The notes under the pieces were generated by a model. It worked only from the letters and a program-made list of their open reading frames with translations. It was not told the origin of the DNA and searched no databases. A stretch of DNA of 32,000 bases, taken from positions 90,001 to 122,000 of the forward strand of contig NZ_LGHJ01000009.1 in the NCBI RefSeq assembly GCF_001306055.1, written 5' to 3'. This DNA comes from Bellilinea caldifistulae. Lineage in GTDB: Bacteria > Chloroflexota > Anaerolineae > Anaerolineales > Anaerolineaceae. Of the stretch, positions 24,142 through 32,000 are shown piece after piece (within the stretch, counting starts at the first letter, position 1; every line of letters begins with the position of its first letter). The position numbers and the translations under genes were made by a program.

Positions 24142-26820
24142 TTATCTGCTTATGATAGGTAAAAATTCCTTGAATAGTTGATCAACAATGAGAACACGCA
24201 ATAATATATTCTTATCCCCCCCTATCCCGCAATTAACGCTGAGTGTAGCCTCAAAATTTCTGTTAAGAAATTGTTGAACAACAAACTTAATATTCGCAAC
24301 CCTTTCAAAATTTAATTCAGGTGTCTCAACTAAAACATTTTGACTATTTTTTGAAGAAATTTGACAATTCAAGACTCCTCCACCAGCATTATAAATAGTA
24401 ATAAATCCTACTTTATCCTGATCATTGACATCAAATAATGCAAGGAAATTGCTTGGTGCCTCCAATAGTGGAGACTTTTCATTTTCGATCACATATCCCC
24501 CATACTTTGTAATTACAAATAATCTATATTCTAATTTGTCATATAAATTTGCCAAACTCACCTCTCCAAACAGACTAATCGAAATATAATCAACCATGTC
24601 AATATCCAAATCTATCAAATCCGAAGATTGGATATTCGAAATTGACCATTCCACTCTGGCTGGATTAGAAAATTTATTAAATTTAATAAAGGGAGAATTG
24701 ATCGTTTGTTGAGTTACCGAATAAGAATGCTCACCTATCCTTAATGTGTAATTTTGTTGAGAAGGATCATAAATAAAACCCCATTCTCCTACAGTTTGAT
24801 TATTTAGAAATGCATTACTACCCCCTGAACCATACAGAATATACGGAACTATAGATGACCGATCAATGCGAACTACAGGCGGAAATTGCCTTATCAGTCC
24901 ATATACATGAGGGGACGCAAGAGATGTATTCGAGAATCCCTTTTTCGTGTACTCCACCCCAACATTTCTATAAATTGTTATAGTGTTTAGTTTTGAAACA
25001 TCATTACAGCAATAATTAGGATTGCTATTTGTGTAAACTGATAAATTTTGGAAGGTATTTGTGTAAAACTGATTATTGTAATATATTACATGATTGATTG
25101 GATAACTTTTATTATCTCTGTCGTAAATTGGTAAACCCTTATTCTCACTAAAAATATTCGATCTCACCTCACCCTTCGCATCCAAAAAACGTTCATCCAT
25201 AACTGCCATAAATAATGCTGCCCCATACGACACGTTAGGGTCAGCACCAATAGTAAATAGCTCATTACTGCTAAAAATATTGTCAAGAATGTCAATAACA
25301 GAACCCGAGCCATAAATCGCTCCCCCAAATTTTGATTTGTTCTTAATGAATTTCGAGAAAGTTATTGTTCCATATGAATTTTGAATAACTGATATTGCCC
25401 CTCCATTTGCAGATGAGTTTCCAAAAAATAGACTGTCGTTTATTTGAAAATTCGCCAAATCTAACATCACCGCCCCCCCATGCCCACCATCATCTCGTGA
25501 AAACAAACCTAAAAAGGCAGTATTCTCAATAACTACGTGGGCCCGATTTTCATCGGATGTTCCCATTCTAGAGACATTGTTATTCCCAAACAATCTATTC
25601 GCATCACCAGCCACATAAACTCCACCTGCGTCCTTTGCAAAAAAACTTTTATTATCCCCCTTAAAGATACTATCTTTGATAATCAGTCTTGCCGACGGAC
25701 GGTTAATCTGGGCATCGAGTGAAGTATCATTCGATGTTGCTGAAATAGAGCCTCCAAAGTAACTTAAGCTTGCTTGATTTGACTCAAAGACAGAAGTATA
25801 CACTTCTGTTTCTGATCTATATAATGATATTGCGCCGCCTATTTCTGCTTGATTATTTGTAAATACAGAATAATAAATGCTTGTTTTCGCATTGTCTTCT
25901 GTGTGAATTGCTCCCCCTTCATTAGGTGACGGCGTGTTTATGTTTGTTGCTTTCTTGGCTTTATTTAATTCAAACCTTGAATTTACAACTATAACATCCG
26001 TTAATGGATAATCCCATCTACCAATCGAATAAATCGCCCCTCCTGCAAAACCCGATTCATTCGAAAGAAATACCGAATCAGCAACACGGATCTTCGCGTC
26101 CCCCACATGAATAGCTCCTCCAGATGCTATATTTCGATGGCCGGCAATATTTGTCCTATTCCCATTAAATTCTGAGTTGACAATCCACCCCTTCGAACCA
26201 CTTACAATTGCGATTGCTCCGCCATAGTTTTTGTCTATATTATTTGTAAAACGCGAGTTTAAGATATAAACTTTTGAGTTATTGGTAATAAACAAAGCCC
26301 CTCCACCTGCAGAGGGTTGTTCTCCCCGATTGTTAATAAAAGCACAATTAACGAAAGTAACTTTTGCACCATCAACTGTACCTGCACCACCATAACCATC
26401 AATCATGGAATAACTATTTTGGAAAGTCAGTCCTTCAAAAATCACCAATCCCGAATTATTATGTATATAAAGAATTCCTTTATTGCCCCCTATAGGTGGC
26501 TCAATCAACACATTTCCGCTTGAAGACTTAATTATAAAGTGTTTTGTGGAATTCTTTATCTCAATAAATTCACGATAAACTCCATCCGAGATTTCAATAA
26601 TACCCCCATCCACTACTTGTTGAATGGCTTGATTGATAGTAATATTTTGGGGACCTGGCACCATCACTACCAAGGAATTTTGGTCTTCCATTCTTAAGTT
26701 TTTATTGGAAAATCCTGGAATAGAACTTATATTTGCAAATAACAAAGATAATGAAAATACGATACTAAACGATCGCATCCCCGAAACCATGTTGTAAAAG
26801 AATTTTTTTATCATCTTCAT
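24142..26820 (-). CDS. Secreted right-handed beta-helix repeat protein with GGAI/FxxN (polymorphic-membrane-protein-type) repeats
   Basis: 892 aa. Signal-like N-terminus (MRSFSIVFSLSLLFANISS). The real start may be one of the internal Mets at 26790 or 26778, which would shorten the 56-nt overlap with the upstream gene. About a dozen G-G-A-[ILV]-type units occur every 25-35 aa, interleaved with (F/V)xxN motifs (GGALFITNNSKV, GGAIAIVSGS, GGAIHVGDAK, GGAIYSIG, GGAIHTED, GGAISLYRS, NGGAISV, FGGAIYG). The C-terminal ~300 aa are non-repetitive and include an Ig-like pattern (ITIYNAGGGVLNCQISS). Confidence 0.75.
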   Translation of the reverse strand: MKMIKKFFYNMVSGMRSFSIVFSLSLLFANISSIPGFSNKNLRMEDQNSLVVMVPGPQNITINQAIQQVVDGGIIEISDGVYREFIEIKNSTKHFIIKSSSGNVLIEPPIGGNKGILYIHNNSGLVIFEGLTFQNSYSMIDGYGGAGTVDGAKVTFVNCAFINNRGEQPSAGGGALFITNNSKVYILNSRFTNNIDKNYGGAIAIVSGSKGWIVNSEFNGNRTNIAGHRNIASGGAIHVGDAKIRVADSVFLSNESGFAGGAIYSIGRWDYPLTDVIVVNSRFELNKAKKATNINTPSPNEGGAIHTEDNAKTSIYYSVFTNNQAEIGGAISLYRSETEVYTSVFESNQASLSYFGGSISATSNDTSLDAQINRPSARLIIKDSIFKGDNKSFFAKDAGGVYVAGDANRLFGNNNVSRMGTSDENRAHVVIENTAFLGLFSRDDGGHGGAVMLDLANFQINDSLFFGNSSANGGAISVIQNSYGTITFSKFIKNKSKFGGAIYGSGSVIDILDNIFSSNELFTIGADPNVSYGAALFMAVMDERFLDAKGEVRSNIFSENKGLPIYDRDNKSYPINHVIYYNNQFYTNTFQNLSVYTNSNPNYCCNDVSKLNTITIYRNVGVEYTKKGFSNTSLASPHVYGLIRQFPPVVRIDRSSIVPYILYGSGGSNAFLNNQTVGEWGFIYDPSQQNYTLRIGEHSYSVTQQTINSPFIKFNKFSNPARVEWSISNIQSSDLIDLDIDMVDYISISLFGEVSLANLYDKLEYRLFVITKYGGYVIENEKSPLLEAPSNFLALFDVNDQDKVGFITIYNAGGGVLNCQISSKNSQNVLVETPELNFERVANIKFVVQQFLNRNFEATLSVNCGIGGDKNILLRVLIVDQLFKEFLPIISR

Positions 26821-27865
26821 TTGCTATTTCCCGATAAAAATACTTTATGGCTGGTCTTAAGTATTGTTTGTAATGAATGTATCTAATTTTTGAATGAATC
26901 GATTTTTCTTTGAATAGCGCATCAATAAAACCATTATAATAAGAATAATCTAACACTTTCAAGAATAGATAATCTACAGTTTTGTTAGGGTAAGATTCAA
27001 AATAACTAATCAGGCGAATAGCGTTTTTCCACATTCGTTCTTCAAAATCCACAGAATAGGATTTTTGAGCAAACGGTAAATGCAACAGTAAATTAAACAA
27101 TCTTTTTACTTGGGCATTCAAGACACAAATTGTACCGGGATGTTTTTTGATCAATAAATATGACATTACTCCACTTTTATATTGTCGTTTTGAAAAGCTC
27201 CATGAAGTATGATAATGATAATGATAACCCAAAATTTGTGGTTGATAGACAATCTCTAGCCCTTTCTTAGATAAACGGTATCCAAGCTCTACATCTTCAA
27301 AGGCTGCATAAATAAAGTCTGTATCAAACCATTTTGTTTCATAAAACAAAAAATCCCGCTTAACGGAAATATTACAGGTATAAAAGTGTCTAAAATCATA
27401 AGTATCACCCTCTTTCATGTAATAATAACTGAATTGTTGAGCTCCATTTCCATCAATATGTCTCATTAGGTTATTTGAGGGCATATCAGGCGGCCAAGTA
27501 ACTTTACCAAGAACAGCTGTTGTTTCGTTTCTATACTTCTGATGAGCGATATAGTGGCCACTTACAAAGTTTCTCAAAGGTAATATATCGTCTCCCACAA
27601 AGATCAAAATTGGCGAGTCGGCCATGCTTATTCCAGTATTTCGAGCTGCAGCAGGGCCCATATTGGATTGATGTCTAAAAACCTTTAGGTCATAATTTTT
27701 CGGTTTGTAGCTCATTAACAAATCAAATGTATTATCAGACGAGGCATCATCTATGGCTATAACTTCAAACCTGGAATTAAATTCCTGATTATCATAAGCG
27801 GATAGAACTCGATTAAGATCATGCGCTCTGTTATAGCAGGGCATAATTACACTAATTTTATTCAT
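26765..27865 (-). CDS. Family-2 glycosyltransferase
   Basis: 366 aa. ISVIMPCYNRAHDL...FEVIAIDDASSDNT...ILIFVGDDILP (DxD) are classic GT-A/GT2 signatures. It overlaps the upstream gene by 8 nt. Confidence 0.8.
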   Translation of the reverse strand: MNKISVIMPCYNRAHDLNRVLSAYDNQEFNSRFEVIAIDDASSDNTFDLLMSYKPKNYDLKVFRHQSNMGPAAARNTGISMADSPILIFVGDDILPLRNFVSGHYIAHQKYRNETTAVLGKVTWPPDMPSNNLMRHIDGNGAQQFSYYYMKEGDTYDFRHFYTCNISVKRDFLFYETKWFDTDFIYAAFEDVELGYRLSKKGLEIVYQPQILGYHYHYHTSWSFSKRQYKSGVMSYLLIKKHPGTICVLNAQVKRLFNLLLHLPFAQKSYSVDFEERMWKNAIRLISYFESYPNKTVDYLFLKVLDYSYYNGFIDALFKEKSIHSKIRYIHYKQYLRPAIKYFYREIANEDDKKILLQHGFGDAIV

Positions 27866-28892
27866 CGTTATTAATTCTTGATTTTTGGAGAATCTTATTG
27901 ATTAAGGATTGAAATAGCCTTTTTCCGTCAGTTACCTTACTCTGCTTTTCCTCATCTACAATTGTTTTAGTAATATATTTGATAATTGTTTTTCTCACAT
28001 CATTTTCAGGGTGCAACAAGAGCTCAGCTAAATTATCATTTGTTGAGATTCCCAAACTCAATAGTGCAATTAGTGCTTTATCTGCCCCACCCACATAAAT
28101 TGAATGAATAAGATTATTAATTCTTGAACCCTCAATCAGGTTAGTTTTTTCTAGATGAGATAAACTGGGTAAATGACGGGCAAGAGTCCAACATATCTCA
28201 TAATACATCTCAGCTATATTCGTGCGAATAGTATTTGACGAATGTATCCGATATTTTAGTAATGGATGTGGATATAAAAATAAGTCAAAATATTTTATAG
28301 TCCGGAGTAAATAATCCCAATCGTGGGTGAATTTCAGATTAGTAAAGAAACCGACTTTTTCAAGAACAGATCTGGTGAAAATAAAATTTGAGGTAGTACT
28401 TACATAATTTTCTGTCAACAACGGCAGGTAAATGTTATCTTGTGCACGAAATGAATACTCAGGATGTTCAAGAGACCATGGTTCTAAGTTGTGGTGTCCC
28501 TCCTTAATGCCTAATGTTTTTCCCTTTTTATCAATAACCTCAATGTAGCTACAAAATAACCCAATGCTTTTATCTTGCAAGAATACTTCTTTAGCTACGT
28601 TTAACCTTCCTGAACAATATAAATCATCCGAGTTTAAGATAGCAATATATTTTCCTTTAGCTAAACTTAGACCAATATTAAGCGCCGCATGAGCCCCTTT
28701 ATTTTGTTGTGTGTATAAAGTCATTCGCTTATCGTTTATTTTTCTTAACAATTCAACAGAGTTATCTGTTGAGCCGTCATCGACAACAATTAACTCAAGG
28801 TCAACATCTTGACCAAATAATACACTATTCACAGCCTCAATAATATAACTTGAATGATTGTAAGAGGGAATAATGACAGAAAACTCAGTCAT
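27858..28892 (-). CDS. Family-2 glycosyltransferase
   Basis: 344 aa. FSVIIPSYNHSSYIIEAVNSV...LELIVVDDGSTDNS...YIAILNSDDLY. The start overlaps the stop of the upstream giant GT (ATGA, 28889..28892). Confidence 0.8.
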   Translation of the reverse strand: MTEFSVIIPSYNHSSYIIEAVNSVLFGQDVDLELIVVDDGSTDNSVELLRKINDKRMTLYTQQNKGAHAALNIGLSLAKGKYIAILNSDDLYCSGRLNVAKEVFLQDKSIGLFCSYIEVIDKKGKTLGIKEGHHNLEPWSLEHPEYSFRAQDNIYLPLLTENYVSTTSNFIFTRSVLEKVGFFTNLKFTHDWDYLLRTIKYFDLFLYPHPLLKYRIHSSNTIRTNIAEMYYEICWTLARHLPSLSHLEKTNLIEGSRINNLIHSIYVGGADKALIALLSLGISTNDNLAELLLHPENDVRKTIIKYITKTIVDEEKQSKVTDGKRLFQSLINKILQKSRINNDE

Positions 28893-31800
28893 TTCTCTCC
28901 CAAAAACGCTTTTTTATACTTTTCAGCCATTAATTTTATCGAGTAATTCTGCTTAACCGCTTCCCTGAGTTTTTCTTTATTAGGTGGATTATCTATTACT
29001 CGCTGAATCCCTTCTAGTAATTTATCTATTTGCCCGGGTTCAGCTTCTGCAATCCCCCCACCAGTTGCTAACAGCACCTCTTTTATATTCCCAACATCTG
29101 TAGACACAACGGGAACACCCATAGATAGCGATTCTAGAACAACCATTGGCATTCCCTCATACTCTGATGTCAAGACAATTACATCAGATATAGCAAAAAT
29201 GTCCCGACTGGGCGAATAGAAAGTTCTATGATGGATATTTTTTAACCCTTTCATTATGATTTCCCCATTAACTGATTCAGATAAAACACCATCCCCAACC
29301 ATTAGAAAATAATAATTGAGTCCCTTTAGATTAGCTCTTCTTGATAATTCGACAAAATCCAGCGGCCGTTTTTGAGGATGAATCCTCCCGATAAAAGTTA
29401 CCACTTTCAAATCTAAAGGAATGCCTAATCGTGTTTTTATTTCCTTTAACTTTTCTTTATTGTAATAGGCTGGATTATAAAAATCAGTATTTACTCCATT
29501 CTCAATATAGTAAATTGAGTGAGGTAGAACACCCTTCTCTATATACGCATCAACGATTTTTTTATTAATTGCAATGTGTGAATCAAGTGCCCTAACTATC
29601 TCCTTAGAATACCAATTTATCCAACCAGCCTCATGATCATAAACTTGATTTATGATTCTTAATTTTGGATGTTTTTTTGAAATCGATATGATGTTTTCAT
29701 AAATCCAAATACTACCATTTGCTATATAAAGTATATTAACATGAAATTTCTCAATAAGGTAATTTAAAACCTGGAGATACAAGGATTGATCAATAAAATC
29801 TGGAAAGGTATAAATAAATGGTGTAATTTGACGAAATTCATCTATTGTTGTTCCCAACTCAGCTTTGTGAAACTCTTGGGTTGCAATAACAAAAATAAAA
29901 TCGTCCTTAAGATGACTCATCATCTCAAGGGAAATTCTTTCAACCCCTCCTACTGCAAGAAAAGGTTGAATCATTAATACAACAGGTTTTTCACTATTAT
30001 TTATTGAAGATGAGATGTAGACAGTATTTTTATCACGAACTTTTTTGAGTCTCTCAAGATTATTGAACTGCCCAATAATATACTTCGTGATAGGTTCATA
30101 ATGAATGCTTGCCTCATTTACTATTACATCAAATGGAACATTCGCCTCTGTATCAGGTATATTCACTGGTTGAATAATTAATTTTCCTACTCCTTGAAAC
30201 GTCATTGTTAAATTTTGGTCTTGAGTTTTTGTTATTTCTTCAATTACCTCTTTATTAAGAACCATACGAAAGTATGGCAATTCAGGACTACCTGGAAATA
30301 AACCCCTCTCAAGTTTTTCTGAAAATAAACTTGTATAACCCAATTGATTAATCGTATAGGGTAAATTCTCAACCTCTAACGCGATCAAATTAGTTTCTAA
30401 AAAAGTTGGAGGCATTGAAAGAAGATCAAAATAACCTATCACTACATATTTTGTCTTTATAGATTTCAGAACATCTTTCCAAGAATTAACATTCTCGATT
30501 AGAATATTATTTGATCCAAAGTATTCTAAAATTGCGAGTTTTTTATCCCACAGAACAACATCTGCAACAACGGTTTGCCTAGATAACCACTCTTTTACCT
30601 GCTCAATATTAGGAAAAGGAATTTTATCATTTGCAGGAACAAGAATGGTAACAAAATTTTCGTCATCTTTTATTTTTGGAATTATTTGAACCGATACATT
30701 TTGCTCTTTTTTTCCAGAAAACAATATCTGTCTCCTTTTCTTAAGCAAGAAACTTTTAGTTTTAGCAAAGATTTTATCAAAAATACTCCCTTGAGGAAAT
30801 ATCTTAAAGCGCATAATTGACAATCTTTCCAGGATCCTCCAAGTGATTGAGTTCTTTATCGATTGTATTTGTGATTCTTTTTCTTTAATCAATAGGTCTT
30901 TATTTTCAATCAACTTGATTAATTCTGATTTTTTCCTTTTTTCGTTCTCAAGAGATTGTTCATCTTTTTTATACCAAAACTCTGTAATCTTTATAACTTC
31001 TAAAATTTTTTTCTCTAGCTGATCGCTTTTTTTGTTTTGTAAAATCTTCTCAAAGGCATCTTCCCATGCTTTAGCTCGCTCTTCAGTAAGCACATAATTA
31101 TCCTTAACAAACCTTAATGCATTTATTCCAATCTCATACCGAATAATCGGGTTTTCAATTAACTTTCTGATGTAATATTCCCATTCATCCAAGGAGCTCG
31201 CTAAAAATCCATTTACCTCATTTGTTACGCAAGAGTAAGGTGGCAAGTTGGTATAAACACCAGGCACACCTAGAGTACTATATTCAAGATATTTTAGAGA
31301 ACTTTTAGATCGGTTAAAGTCACAATCAACAAGTGGGGCAATAAACAAATCAGTAGATTGAGACAAGAACCACTTAACAAACAATTTATAGTCGGAGAGC
31401 GCGACGTCAATATAGATTGAATTACGAGCTTTTTCTAAATCTCCGGGTGGTCTACATCCCCAAAAAGAAAGCTCTACCTTAGATGCATATTTTTGGCTAA
31501 TCTTGTATAGAACTGGTTTTATCATTTCTAGATCTGCAAAATGAGAAGCAGATCCCATAAATGTTATTTTTACAGGATATTCATTTTTTATAATTTGCGG
31601 GGGAAATCTAAATTCCCAAATTTCTGGAATTATATAATTTGGCAAAATAAAAATATTTTCCGAGAATCCTTGAAGATAGGATTTCAGCATAGGATTACTA
31701 CAAATAATGGCATCAGAATTAATAATAGCCTCAAGAATTCGATATCTAGCTGGTTTATAACGTTTTAAATCAGGATGAAATTCGGGTAAATCCAGCAATA

Positions 31801-32000
31801 GATCATCAATTTCATAAATTACAGGTTTATTAAATTTTTTTGCCTTCTCAAAAACCTTACAATAATCTTTATAATGAGCCGGGAAATCTCTTTGAATGAC
31901 CACTAAATCAACTTGTTCAATTATCTCATCCTTTACTACAATTTTATCCGCCGCCCAATGATTGCCTCGCAAAACTTCAATACCAATTTTTTGTAAGGGT
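28889..32000 (-). CDS. Giant multi-module glycosyltransferase (N-terminal GT-B-like module, coiled coil, degenerate GT2-like middle, C-terminal GT4/GT1-type module); 5' end outside window
   Basis: At least 1027 aa. The reading frame stays open from 31972 to the window edge, so the TTG at 31972 is probably not the start. The C-terminal module has IGRIHPQKRP...EYEGMPMVVLESLSMGVPVVSTDVG (the GT4 EX7E region). Residues about 312-385 form a Lys/Glu-rich heptad-like stretch ending in SITWRILERL. Residues about 440-470 read FVTILVPANDKIPFPNIEQVKEWLSRQT, which looks like a GT2 start. Confidence 0.75.
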   Translation of the reverse strand, partial: PLQKIGIEVLRGNHWAADKIVVKDEIIEQVDLVVIQRDFPAHYKDYCKVFEKAKKFNKPVIYEIDDLLLDLPEFHPDLKRYKPARYRILEAIINSDAIICSNPMLKSYLQGFSENIFILPNYIIPEIWEFRFPPQIIKNEYPVKITFMGSASHFADLEMIKPVLYKISQKYASKVELSFWGCRPPGDLEKARNSIYIDVALSDYKLFVKWFLSQSTDLFIAPLVDCDFNRSKSSLKYLEYSTLGVPGVYTNLPPYSCVTNEVNGFLASSLDEWEYYIRKLIENPIIRYEIGINALRFVKDNYVLTEERAKAWEDAFEKILQNKKSDQLEKKILEVIKITEFWYKKDEQSLENEKRKKSELIKLIENKDLLIKEKESQIQSIKNSITWRILERLSIMRFKIFPQGSIFDKIFAKTKSFLLKKRRQILFSGKKEQNVSVQIIPKIKDDENFVTILVPANDKIPFPNIEQVKEWLSRQTVVADVVLWDKKLAILEYFGSNNILIENVNSWKDVLKSIKTKYVVIGYFDLLSMPPTFLETNLIALEVENLPYTINQLGYTSLFSEKLERGLFPGSPELPYFRMVLNKEVIEEITKTQDQNLTMTFQGVGKLIIQPVNIPDTEANVPFDVIVNEASIHYEPITKYIIGQFNNLERLKKVRDKNTVYISSSINNSEKPVVLMIQPFLAVGGVERISLEMMSHLKDDFIFVIATQEFHKAELGTTIDEFRQITPFIYTFPDFIDQSLYLQVLNYLIEKFHVNILYIANGSIWIYENIISISKKHPKLRIINQVYDHEAGWINWYSKEIVRALDSHIAINKKIVDAYIEKGVLPHSIYYIENGVNTDFYNPAYYNKEKLKEIKTRLGIPLDLKVVTFIGRIHPQKRPLDFVELSRRANLKGLNYYFLMVGDGVLSESVNGEIIMKGLKNIHHRTFYSPSRDIFAISDVIVLTSEYEGMPMVVLESLSMGVPVVSTDVGNIKEVLLATGGGIAEAEPGQIDKLLEGIQRVIDNPPNKEKLREAVKQNYSIKLMAEKYKKAFLGEK

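Noticed and set aside
25537-31768. Small plus-strand ORFs inside the island (25537..25722, 26317..26523, 29786..29977, 31541..31768)
   Set aside because: They are short, antisense to long well-supported genes, and such ORFs are expected at random in AT-rich DNA.
1-32000. Search for CRISPR arrays, rRNA genes, IS elements with terminal inverted repeats, and toxin-antitoxin or known defence-gene signatures
   Set aside because: I saw no regularly spaced direct repeats, no rRNA-like conserved blocks, no transposase ORF, and no nuclease, helicase, methylase or reverse-transcriptase motifs in any ORF of the track. This absence is judged by eye only.

Overview
The window is mostly high-GC bacterial chromosome (about 55-68% G+C, hand-counted on sampled 60-nt lines). 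My impression is a Chloroflexota/Anaerolineae-like organism, but I cannot verify that. Two low-GC segments sit at the edges.

Left edge (1-1.35 kb, about 40% GC): a decayed tyrosine integrase, followed by a degenerate tRNA-like element.

Core, minus strand:
- VOC dioxygenase-like gene (this one is on the plus strand), aldo/keto reductase, two hypothetical envelope proteins and a SnoaL-like protein.
- A PadR-led FecBCDE/Btu-type ABC importer operon. Its ATPase carries a 1-nt frameshift, and a THEP1-like P-loop NTPase is translationally coupled at the end.

Core, continuing rightwards:
- An SRPBCC membrane protein, an FCY1-type cytosine deaminase, a YccF-like protein, gdh and gatB.
- A secreted Gly/Met-rich repeat protein, followed by an OmpR-type response regulator, a HAMP histidine kinase, an MprF-TM-like (UPF0104) membrane protein and an FAD oxidoreductase in one operon.
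- A 0.5 kb AT-rich intergenic region (candidate oriC) and dnaA.

Right edge: 11 bp after the dnaA stop codon the composition drops to about one-third GC. A tightly overlapping minus-strand operon of at least 9.5 kb runs off the window. It encodes three GT2 glycosyltransferases, a three-module glycosyltransferase of more than 1027 aa with a coiled coil, and a secreted 892-aa GGAI/FxxN (Pmp-type) beta-helix protein. This island is the best candidate for an undescribed surface glycan or glycoprotein system, although a chimeric assembly join must be excluded first.

I found no CRISPR array, rRNA gene or intact tRNA. All family calls rest on motifs read by eye, with no database search.
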